NCBI GenBank assembly: GCA_002633005.1
Contig: NMRA01000369.1
Location: forward strand, 209,885-273,884
DNA from: Phoronis australis
Lineage: Eukaryota > Animalia > Phoronida
Direction: 5' to 3'
Length of the DNA: 64,000 nt
Both the position numbers and the translations under genes were made by a program. A model generated the notes under the pieces. The model was not told the DNA's origin. It saw nothing but the letters and a program-made list of their open reading frames with translations, and made no database searches. This document shows positions 12,592-24,000 of the stretch, one piece after another. The first letter of the stretch is position 1. Every line of letters starts with the position of its first letter.

Positions 12592-12778
12592 GTTAACATT
12601 ATTTATGATTTCTTACTTCATTTCTGGTTGTCCTATTATTATTTGGATTCATTGTTAGACAGGTACATGTACTTTGTGAAATTTGTTTTTACCAGAATGT
12701 TTTTTGTGGGAGGGAATTTTACCTGGATAGCTTACTGCTTAGTGTTTTGAATCAAATATAGGATGGAGGTACTGATCA

Positions 12779-12999
12779 CAGAGGCAGATCTACGTTTTCA
12801 GTAAGAGGGGGTTTAGGATTTCCGTGAATCTGAGGCGCGTAGTGCTCAGGGGATTCCCCCCCTCCCCTGTAAGATTTTTAAAAAGTTTTTGTAGCTGATT
12901 TCATTTTCTTGGCAATGTTTTCTTAATTTTTATTTTTGACCCTGTCCCAGGAGGCTTGAACCCCCCTGAACCCCCCCCCCCCCCTGTAGACTGCCTCTG
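12779..12999. mobile_element. MITE (CAGAGGCAGATCTAC termini)
   Basis: cagaggcagatctac ... gtagactgcctctg, poly-C tract inside, gatca on both flanks. Confidence 0.6.
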
Positions 13000-14659
13000 G
13001 ATCAAAGGGTCAGAGGTCCTTAAGAGAGGTGCATGATGGGAGCTGGAAAAACCGTTTACAAGGCGGTCAGAACACACTGAAGTGTGGGTTAAAGTAAACC
13101 TTCTAACTAGCCCTGTTTTTAGGGGCAAGGCGAAAAAATTCCTTCCAAATTTGTTTGGCAGTCCCTTCGTGCCACCTTGCACGTAACCTGTCACTTAACA
13201 TTGTGTTATCCTGTTTAACTATTTACTTCCATCCAGTAGTGAAACACTGACTTATTCTTAAGGGGATTCCGTCACTCAATGGCTGAATTCAGTTCAGAAT
13301 CTTTCAGTTTCTTAAAGAAGTTGGTGTCCCTTTTGGAAATTAGTCGGCCTGTTATAACGATAAATATCGAGTGACCTGTGGGCTAATTTGAGAGGATTTT
13401 AAACTGCTGATAAGCTGCCGCTTTGGTGAGGGATAGATATGCTGAACTTGATGTTCAAACTTCAAACAGGTTATCCTTCAATCCAATGATACTTTTTTCC
13501 TTTGTCGATCCTTTGGGTACACATGTTGGTCTGCAGTATGCCTAGACACCTGTGCCTGCATATAAAGAACAGGACATTTGTGTTGGCGTTTATTAGAACA
13601 GTCACATCAGTCACCTACCCATTTACATGTTTTACCGTTCACAGGTGCAGTATGTGCAAACGAGCAATGCCCATTTGTTAACGTTCCCTTAGAATAATGT
13701 TAAGAATCACTTAAACATGGCACTTAATTGCATGGGTTAAGTACCCAAATATCTGGGTTGCACTCCAAAAGAAGGTGAGTTTTCAAGTTCAGAGCCCAGA
13801 AATCACGTCTTATCTGTACAAGTACTAGAACAAGACGAGATCGATTTCTAAGTACTTCAAAATCACTAAAGTTGTTTTATGACAGAAATGAAACCCAGCA
13901 TCATTTTGACTGCAGTGCGTCGCAAAGTCGTTCTCAAGTTTGACAGCAGGATCGCCACTGTAATGTACGTACTGACACATATATGTTAAAAACTTGACTT
14001 CATGAGAAAACCTGAGGGTTTCAATGTTTTATGACATTACTCCAGTACAAAGTGCTTATCTGTAAAACCACTCTTCCCCCATTCAGTGACTTTTCCAAGC
14101 TGGCCTCGGTGTTTTTGAGTACACTCTCTCTAGCTCGATCCTTTGGGCAAGTTGTGCCGTCCACATACATGTACATACTTGCCCTAAAACAAGTTAGGCC
14201 TAATAGTCCTGTCTCGCGTAGTCCACAACGACAGCCGTCAAACCCAGCAACAACTCGTTCCAGGAATAACTAGTTCCAGAGTAAGTCTGCTTGTGCCGAC
14301 GCGGCACTTTATTCCTAGCTCCTTATAGGGTAACTAGTTCTGTAACTTGCGCCACGTCTAGTAGTGGCCGCAATCCCGGGGCCAGGCCGAAAGCAATAAT
14401 CAGCTGCGGGCTTTTTGCGCGGCATATTCCGGCGCACCAGTTGTTCATTCTCAAGCTCACAACGAAAGCTTCCGCCTTTGATAAGCCAGTGTGTGGACGC
14501 TACCGACACTCAAAGAGCGGGGGCAATTGCACTAGTACAATTTGTTCTAGCTAGAGCACTGAGTCTTTGTTTAGACGGGCCTTAATTTTCTAGCTGCGCC
14601 CTCCCGTCAAAAATAATCTTCCGTCGATTATTAGTAAGCTGCCAGCATCGCATGGTTTC

Positions 14660-14805
14660 AGCCCACAACTCCGAAGGCTCACTGACTCCGAAAAAAACAC
14701 TACTTCGTACAACGAAGCCATTATTCCGAACAACTGGCATTACTCCGAAGGCCCACTATATTCCAAAAAAAACACTACTCGGAAGAAACCCACGCCAGTT
14801 CCAAA
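14660..14805. repeat. Degenerate tandem repeat of (act/att)ccgaa units
   Basis: About seven actccgaa/attccgaa-like motifs spaced ~15-25 bp. Confidence 0.55.
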
Positions 14806-15060
14806 TATGAACGCATTTATTTTTTCATTATACAACATTAATTACTAAGTAAGCCAACAAAAAAGTAGCAATTAACCCACTCGCCGAAATTGGAAGAAAA
14901 TTGTTTTCTGTCGGCGAATATCTGCGCTTGTGCACGAGGTTCATCATACTATGAATGCTGTCTGTCTGTGGTACTGAATAAGTTCAAAGATTTTCACTTG
15001 CCAGTGAAAATGGACAACGGGCCGCGCTGTGTCGCGCTGGCTGTTGCCGTCGGACTGATT

Positions 15061-15262
15061 NNNNNNNNNNNNNNNNNNNNNNNNNNNNNNNNNNNNNNNN
15101 NNNNNNNNNNNNNNNNNNNNNNNNNNNNNNNNNNNNNNNNNNNNNNNNNNNNNNNNNNNNNNNNNNNNNNNNNNNNNNNNNNNNNNNNNNNNNNNNNNNN
15201 NNNNNNNNNNNNNNNNNNNNNNNNNNNNNNNNNNNNNNNNNNNNNNNNNNNNNNNNNNNNNN
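15061..15262. other. Assembly gap (202 N)
   Basis: Run of n. Confidence 0.99.
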
Positions 15263-15509
15263 TCCCCCCCCCCCTTAAATCTGCCACTGGCATTAATTGT
15301 TATGGTGTAAATAAGAATAGTATTTCTTCACGCCATATGTTGGTCACCTCACGTGTAGTTCGAAAAGATCTCTGTCCCGACCGGCGTAATCGGCTGGTGG
15401 TCTCAGTGGACTAGAGCGTCTGCTAGGTTTAGTCCCGGGCTTGAAGGTGGCGCTCTGACACTGATCGACGTCAACGCCGTCTATCACAAACTTCAAAAGT
15501 TGTGTCGAT

Positions 15510-15641
15510 GTACGCATGCGTCGCCGGAATTTCTATGGTTACGTTCAGCTTTCAAAAATTGTCTATTTACAAGTTTTTAGGAGATCGTTGAGGAAAAAGA
15601 AAGATTTATATTAAGAAAAGGAAGCCTCTATAAACTTAGGT
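15510..15641 (+). promoter_or_regulatory. Putative CFAP70 promoter / non-coding first exon with RFX X-box-like motif
   Basis: CpG-rich patch; gtacgcatgcgt (NRF1-like); atttctatggttac at 15529-15542 (X-box-like, consensus GTTNCCATGGNAAC); candidate donor ag|gtactt at 15640; first coding exon begins at an acceptor (17949). Confidence 0.5.
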
Positions 15642-17958
15642 ACTTCAAACTGTGTTTTATAGTTGTAACTGTGAAAGCTTTCATGAAAAATACGTTATAG
15701 TGTTGTCTTCACGGAATAAACAACATGGCTGCTTACAGTTACACGGGGACGAGCTACTCAGTATTGTCACGGAGGCTATTTCGTCGGTGTAGATAGTCCC
15801 TGAAACAAGCTTTGTAGAAATTTGCCTTATGTGAATATTTGAAGTTCACTGATTAATGAAACGTTTGTTTAAGTTTTCACGTTTCAATTTTCGAAAGTGT
15901 ATAAAGCACCGATCTACAGAACTTGTCTAACAGTCTTGGGATTTCACTTACTCCAAGTTAAGGACTCGGGAGGTAGCTTTTGACTTTGCTGCTTCATCTT
16001 CTTCTTCTTCTTTCGAAGTTCAACAAACGATCGAAGTACCAATCCTTATATGTTGGTGCATGTTAGTGAATAAATTTGAGCTGTGCATAACTGTGAAAAT
16101 AACAACTAAACAAAGAGCGGATTAATTAGTGGAAGGATAAAAACAAATTTTACTATTTATTGATTAAGGTTGATGTTTGAGACTTGTGAACAACTCTATT
16201 GTTTCTGGTGAAATGGCATGTTGCGGGAGTCTAGTCCAGTAAAACAGTAGATGGGAAAAAGGAGTTCGCATAGTATGCAATGTGGATGTATTTTCTCTCA
16301 AATTATGAGAGTGGAAATTACGTGAACTAGAATTATGTAGGGGTGGAAGGTATTTGTGGGGAATGGCAACCAGGTTGTGCTTTATGCTATAAGCTGTATA
16401 ATATACAGTTTTCGATCGATTTGGATAAAAAGCTACTAAAACAAAATCTGACCGAAACTTAATGTCATTAGAAACTGCATTACCGGTATTTCTTTATTAA
16501 GCTAGCTTGGTTTCCAATGCGCAAACAATGCCATCAGTCCAGCGTTATTTTGCAGTTAGTGAGTTTGTGGATTGGTCATATGTGTAAATTTTGACTTTTG
16601 AGGCCATGGTATAGTGTGCCATATTTTGGCCTATTTCTCTTTTTGCCCGTTCTCTGAACCACTGCTCTTTCTTGAGGAATTTCTACATGAAGAGTACCCT
16701 TATCCGTACAGTTCTGAGTGCCACAATTGAAGCAGGTGTTCAAACTTTGGAATCAAATTTTAAAAATTTTATCATCATTTGAAAGCTCCAGCTTTTGTCA
16801 AGAACCCCAAAGTTTGATCTAATTTTAATTTTAGTTAGTTTTAATCTGAAAAAAAGAGATCACTAAAAAAAACTAGTAAATGTCTTTCTTTGGTTACTGA
16901 GGAGACATGTATAATCATTTTTAATTGCAAAAGTACTAAAATCAAAGCAATATAGATGCTATGTTAATGACAATATACAATTTATATTTGAAAATTGTTT
17001 TGATTTGATAATTTGGAAAAGAGCTTTATTTTGTTTGCATAAGATGTTGCTGTACGACAAAGGTCACTTGTCTGACCTTTAGCGTAGCTGTATCGTTCTT
17101 TCATAGGTTGGAAAATTTCAATCAATCAAAAAATATTTTGCAATTTTGAGCCACAGCGCAATCCGTCAATTCTTTTAATATGTGTTATACATACTTTTAT
17201 CCAGCTGGCTTGTAGTCACTTCCTGACATTCAAGAATTTGACTTATGAACATTCGTCACAGATGGCCTACAATTGAGCTTTATGAAAAATAATATTTGTT
17301 GCCATGATTCAATGAAGGTATATGATGAATAAGTTTGTATTAAAGAGAATCAAATTTCTGCAAAACTAATACTATTTCAATGTCTAAATCCATTGCTAAA
17401 ATGAACTTAGTGACAGCAGATCTTTTGCCCATGACCCACGATTGTTTAGTTGCTTGTACTAGTGTACAGAAATTCTGGTTAATTTGTCACCATTAGCGTC
17501 CTTCAGGCTTTCCCCTCTCTTATCCACCTGTTAAGGATGTGCAATCTTCCCTAATCCTCGGTCAAAGCAGAGTGAAAAATAAGTTATGGCTCTTTGGTCC
17601 TACCATAAACGAGAGTCTGACAACTTGAACAATTGGCTAAAGATCAATTTTTTAATACTTTGAATATCCATGTAAAGATATTCACTTGTTCATTAGTAAG
17701 AACACTGAATTGAACTTTGTTAATGCAGTTCTAAATTTAGATTTGATTGATTTAGGGTAATGTGGTCACATGGCTCTGTATGTTTTTAAGTGGATCAGCT
17801 GAGTCGCCCGATTGTAGTGGAAGTATTTTGAAGGGCTTCCCAGTAAACCTTCAATTCAAACATCATTTGAAATGACTTCATGTTGAAATGTGTTCCGAAG
17901 CATGTATTGATTAAGTCTTTTAATTTAATTGGTTTAACTATTTCTTAGTGCTTGGAAG

Positions 17959-18036
17959 ATGTCGGCAGAACAAGATGCTCCCGCTGTGAGGACAACAGAA
18001 ACTTTGACAATCACTGTCCTTAGAGCACGCCACCTG
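17959..18036 (+). CDS. CFAP70: CFAP70 coding exon 1
   Basis: [26 protein letters not shown]|gtgagt. Confidence 0.85.
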
Positions 18037-21000
18037 GTGAGTGTTGCTGTCATGTGAGTCCCATGCTGTAAGAGAAGTTGAATCTCCCTTTCTGCATCCT
18101 AATTCAAATAAATAATAAGTTTTCTTAGTCTTACATTAACTTTCACTTGCTTAGTATGACATAGTTTTACTACAAAAGATTACACACTACCAATTTTCAA
18201 TTATTTGTCTCGAAAAGCAGGAAAAGCTCACACTCACTGGTTTTTCAAGTATGGCTCAAGATATTCAAGCATAGCATAGATTTTTTCAAACCTAGCACAG
18301 CGACATGTTTGAACAGATCTAGTGAGAACTTTGCTCAGAATACACTGTGACAGTCTCTAATTACAGAGAGGGAACCGAGGAGATGTGGTCACGTCGATGG
18401 TCAAGGCTGAATACAATGAGAGAAACCTGGGAGAGTCCACCAAAGTCGAATGCTCTCCTGAAGCTCCTGCTGAGTACAACTTTAATGCCACCTACAACAT
18501 CACATTCGATAACTATGAGATCCTGGATGAAATGTCTTATAAACCAGTGTTATGTAAGTGGTGTAATTAGTTTGGACAGGACGTTGAACTTGTAGTCAGC
18601 TGTTGAGTTGAAGTAGTCTTAGGACAGTTGACGTTCGTAGTGTTTAATAAGTTTCAAATAACATTTTAACTGTTCATTTTAACTGTTTGTTTTAACTGTT
18701 CATTTTAACTGTTTGTTTTAACTGTTCATTGTCAACTCATGAAAGTTTAGTTGTATTTTCTGAATTCTCAAATGAGTGAAAAATCATTCACTATAATTGG
18801 TTGGTCGTAATTTTTTCTGAAGTGTGTCAATTTTGTACCAATGAATTAAAAACATGAATTTCTAACAAAACACAAACTACTGGTGATTTCTTGTTTGTTT
18901 GAAGAAATATAGTATTCTTCAGTCTTATGTGCTGGGAAGCATGTCTCTGTGATAGAAGTTCTGTTGAAATCCAACAGTGACAGTGATAGAAGTTCTTCCA
19001 AAGGAGAAGAAACAGAAAGAAGAAAAGACTGTCGTCTTGGGCCAGTGCACAGTGGACCTTCTGCCTATGGTAAAGGGTGAGACAAAACATCGCAGCACGC
19101 TTGTCATCCACCCCGTGCCTGGCTCTGTGCTGGAGAACTTACCGGCTGACAGCCCTAAGGTAATTTGTGTTGAGATCTATTGATTGTGCGACTCATGGAT
19201 TAGGGTAATAATCCCTATAGACTTGGCCAAAAGTATTTACAGCACTAGGCTAGCATGTCATTTTTAGAGGATGCCGCTAATGTTTTGTCTTTCGTAAATT
19301 GTGTTGGGTTTCCTCACTCATGACTTGCTAGATCTTCTTGATTGCAAGGTGCATAGTTTTCCCCTCCAAATGCTGATTAACACGTTCCAACTGTTGATAA
19401 TTGTTTCTGATTTAGACTACTTTGTAGGGAAACTTCCTTGAGTGTCATTAATACTATGATGGTGTATCCTTTTAAAGGCATCCTGCTGTATTTACCAGTT
19501 TATGGTCATACGCAAATCCATTGTGAAATTGAAAATTCATCTTGGTATAGTATTTGATTGGACTGTTGCACAGGATTAAGCTATCAGCCAAAATGCCTAT
19601 CCCAAACTATATATACCGTCTATGATACTGAATACTGTGCATATTCATTTAACTGTGTACTGCCGAGTGAGTACGCATGATCATTTGATGTTAAGTGACG
19701 TGTCTGTATTCTTTTGCTGTTCTATCTCTTCAGCCTGAATTGGACATCCAGTTGTCCGTCAACGAGCCCTTGTTATCTGAGCAGCAGCTCAACAATGCCA
19801 ACCTAGCGTCCATTACTGTTGAGTCCCTGTTCTCACCACCTGAAGCATTCCAATTGACTGGCCAGCAATACCTGTATACGGCGTGTACCCCCCTACCAGT
19901 GGGAGCTGAGGTAATGGATGGGATACTGCTGATTGACTTTGTATTACTAATTGGTTGGGTTCTAGTTGGGTTTTGTTTTTGTTTTTTTTCTTTTATATTG
20001 AGTTCCTGAGATTTTTGCACAGGACAGGATATTGCACGCCATCACTCTTAACTTGCCACCAAAGAGTGATGAATTATGCACTCATTTGTGCATGTATGGG
20101 CATGTAATTGGGATAGAAAGGAAGGTGACGACTTGTTTAGACTACTGACAAGTTATGCAATGACAAGTTAAGTGAGATGGTGTGTATTTTGAACAATTTA
20201 GTTGGGAAATATTGAAGTCTGCTGAATACCCAGACGGGGACCAGAAAGAGACATTTTGAGGTATTAAAGATGTCTCATATGGAGTGCTGTGTTCTTTATG
20301 GGATACAGAAGACTTGCATGTACTGGACTGTTTCAAGAATTTTTGTGATATTTCGCAGTTCATCTAAGCTGCTCATAGTTTTGATTTGATTTGATTTTGC
20401 ACTACCACTGGTGTTGTGTTGGTTGCCTTAACCAAATTCATTTTTGATCTAAGTACATAACTATACACCAGAGGGCACCGTACTAATTTCTGTTGAAATC
20501 AGGACATCTGGCAAGATCTCTTATTTGAAAAAATCTTTACCTGGTCCAGTTTCTTAGCACACGTACGTGTGATAATTGAGCTATATGCTGATTAGACTAG
20601 TTAACACGATGTTACTTTAAAATATAAATTGTTACAACTCAATGTTTAAGAGTTTGTTGGTGGCATAGTTCCCATATGTCCCATTCAAATCTTTCATCAG
20701 CCAGACAACTGGATCAGACGGGGTTTTGATGCTTGAGCTTGCTTGTCATGTTGGCGCATTCCCAATCTGGGAGAGGCTGTGTTGGGGAGGATTCAAAACC
20801 TGGTTGTAGCTATTTTTTCTATAAATTTTAATGTACTAGGTACGTTTGCTTTTTGTTGGTTCTTATTTAGTGTTGTCATGTTCCTATTGAAAGAAACAGG
20901 AAGGACGAGATTGTTTTTGAAGTGACCTTCTCTTGTGTTTGAGATGTTATTTAAAAGTTTTCAGCTATGCGTAAATATTCCTTTGGTTTTCATGAATGAA

Positions 21001-24000
21001 ATATTAGATGTTGGACCACTCTAAGCACCGACGTAAATCAGCAGGGGGACACGAGCATGCAGCTGTCATGTGTGATGAGGTATTGGTGGTTGTATGATAT
21101 GATGTGATAACACTCCTCATCCTGCCACATCAAACTTGAACACCAGTCAAGCGTACCATAGTTCACAACCTGTTGCAAAACTAAGGCTTAGCCTATGGCT
21201 TGTGAAAAGACTGCACTGTGTAATGCCTGACAATTGACTATTAAAAGTATATTGGCTATGAACCCATCTTCCGTCAAAAACCGAACTTTTGATTTAGAGC
21301 ACTTACGTTGCTAAAATTGGTCTCAGTATGTTCCTCACTCAAAACAGAAGTGATATTGTTGAAAGAAGTGTTTCATTTACTGGTTGAGACCAAGTTCAAC
21401 AAGTTGGCTGGTGATATTGGGCATTAGCTTTTTTGCGTAGCATTAGATCTCAAGCCATAACAAACATGAGTTCTTTTGAAGTCCAGAGACCACTTCTCAT
21501 CCGAGTAAATGAAACATTGAAAGCAGTTCAATTTTAGACAAAAATGATTGCCAAAACTGCATTTTTTTCATTTTTCAAGGCTTCTAATGCTGTTGTGGTT
21601 GCCCACAATTTTTCAAAATAACTGTTGGTAGCGATAGCACTCAGCACTAAGCATCTTATAGCTTTCCATACAAAAGAGAAAAATGAAATTTTGCATGTCC
21701 ACCATATGGTGTGGTGAGACTTTACTGAACTGGTCTAAATCAAAACTGAGTTTCTTTGACGGAATGTGGGTTTATGTTAGAGCTTAGCTAGAAATTATGT
21801 GCTAGTTAACACTAGTCTGATATGGACGCAACAGTTTGTATTTAGTTATAGAATGGACACTTGAATTTAAAGATGGTGTAAATCAAGCACATACACAAGC
21901 AAATTCATGAAACTATGCTCTGTAGTGAAGCCTAATAAAGCCAAATCTTTGTAGTACATAATGCTTAAGTGTGGGCGGTTTAACCCTTGTGATACCAGGA
22001 TTTATTTGCTGTGATTCCCCGAGTGAGTGGATAGCATTGTTTGATGCAACTGATAACAGGTTCGTTTGAATTGTGTGAAAGTGTTTTTGTGAGAATGTGT
22101 GAAGCACAGCTGTTATTGTGGATAATTAGTTAATTTGAATATTGCCATATCAACCAGCTTTGTACAAAATACAGCTGCACAATTTGTGTAGTCATGTTAA
22201 CTCTTTCAATCTCAATTCAGACTTGTGTTCAAAAGGCTAGATAAATTTCGAGAACCAAAAGCCAGGCCCTTTTGATTTTATTGACTATTCTTGGTTGAGA
22301 GGATCCTGTCCTTTTTATCCCCAACTTTAAATTGTATTACAGGTCATAGAAGTTTCAGTGGTGGATAAAGTACTCATATATTGAATTAAAATAAGTTAGC
22401 CGTGACAGAGAAGTTCCAGAGTTTGAACAGCAACAATGACGGTGTATCAGAACATATGGACATTTTAATTTATGTTTTAATGACGTTTTAGTATTGTTTT
22501 TTGCCTCGTGGGTAAATTTAATGAGCTGTATTCAGTATGCTGAACTTTTTTTCACTTGTCCCATGCACTCAAAGGATAGTAAAGATGAGCACAGCTCTGA
22601 CATCTGTTGGTGTGTCATTGTATCACACATCTTGCACAGTTTTTCCAGTGTCGGGGGGTTTCCGTCATTGAAGAGGTATTTCAGGTCTGGAATGTGTACT
22701 TGTTCAGACTTCTTGATATTTCTGGTTCATTTTATTGATTTATTGTATGTGAATATAATTGAACTTAAAACGTTAAGATACAGTGCTTGATACCTCATGA
22801 AGCACTGAAGTGTCGCTAATGTTGACACTGCTTTTGACAGGAAGTGGTACTGTTCACAAGAAATTAATTATTTTTAATTTCAGAAAGAGACTTTGATCGT
22901 GTTCCCAACTGGAACCCTGAAGCCTGGAGTGGAGAAGGAACCTCACAACAAACAGTTGAAGTGGATGGCACCAGGGGGCGCTCAGGGACAGGCAGCTTAT
23001 ATATCTGATAGGTAGGACAGTGTCGTCTGCTTTTAGTAGACAAGTCTTTTAGTTTGTGATAAGGCTTAGTGCAATGGTAGATTGGGAACAGGTTTTATAG
23101 GTGCGTAATACAGACTTGACACATTCTCTCTCTTTCCTATAAAGCAACAGTTCCCATTTTTGTGTTGTTGACCACTTTTCATATTTAAGTTACTAAGTTT
23201 TACATTTTAAGGTTTCGTGTAAATATTCCAGAGTCTGTTTTGATGAAAAAAAAACTTCCATTAGGTTACAAAAGTGCTTAACGGCTAATGTGGCATTGTG
23301 GGTAAATACAGTGAGATTCGAGTGTTGCTGCTTAATTTAGGACAGCACTGCCATTTACCTAACTGTGTGTTTATGCCTGTCAGTTTTGTAAGACTGCAAC
23401 ATGTGGCCTTGAGTCGTCACCATGTGGCTGAGTTAACTTGAGCTATGTAGGTCAAGCAATTTGTTTATGACTTCTATTGAGAGTCCATATCGCCTCTGAG
23501 GTGCACAGTCAGGTTAATAAAGTGCACAGTGTTGACATTGGACAATGTTTTGACGCACAAAGCACTGACAACTAATATTCATTTATATTCAAATAGAAAG
23601 AACTGGTTGAATCTTCACAAAATCTCGACAGGTGTTGCTCCATCCATGTTTTTGAAATTGCTAGAACTATTAAATTAATCATTAAACTATTAGCGACCAT
23701 GTGCAGTAATATCACATTTAACTCCTACAAAAGTTCTACATTAGCCTAGTAAGCTTCCAAATGATTTTGGCAAAAGAGATATCCAGGTTTGACAGAGTTC
23801 TGTTGAAGTCTATAGTTTATTTCGAAAACTACTGTGACTTGTATTAGTGGAGACAGACTGTCTTAAACTTCAGTCGAAATTGTTTTTTATTGCAGTTTCG
23901 TAGCTCAAGACGCCATTGAAGATGAGGCTGGTGACTTCCGTACTAAAGAGGAGCGGGAGCATCGTGCGGTAGCAGAACACGAGAAAAACCGCGTTCTCTG

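Noticed and set aside
14660-14805. Regularly spaced actccgaa motifs resembling a CRISPR array
   Set aside because: Repeats only ~8 bp and degenerate, spacers short and related, no cas genes, eukaryotic context; typical transposon subterminal repeat.
14890-15414. 174-aa and 99-aa ORFs
   Set aside because: Open only because they span the N gap.
21070-21125. C/D snoRNA candidate (gtgatga with gatgagg/cctcatc stem)
   Set aside because: No D box at a suitable distance; only a 7-bp stem.
22841-22846. 6-nt micro-exon (gacag|gaagtg|gtactg)
   Set aside because: Would leave a ~37-nt downstream intron, too short to be plausible.
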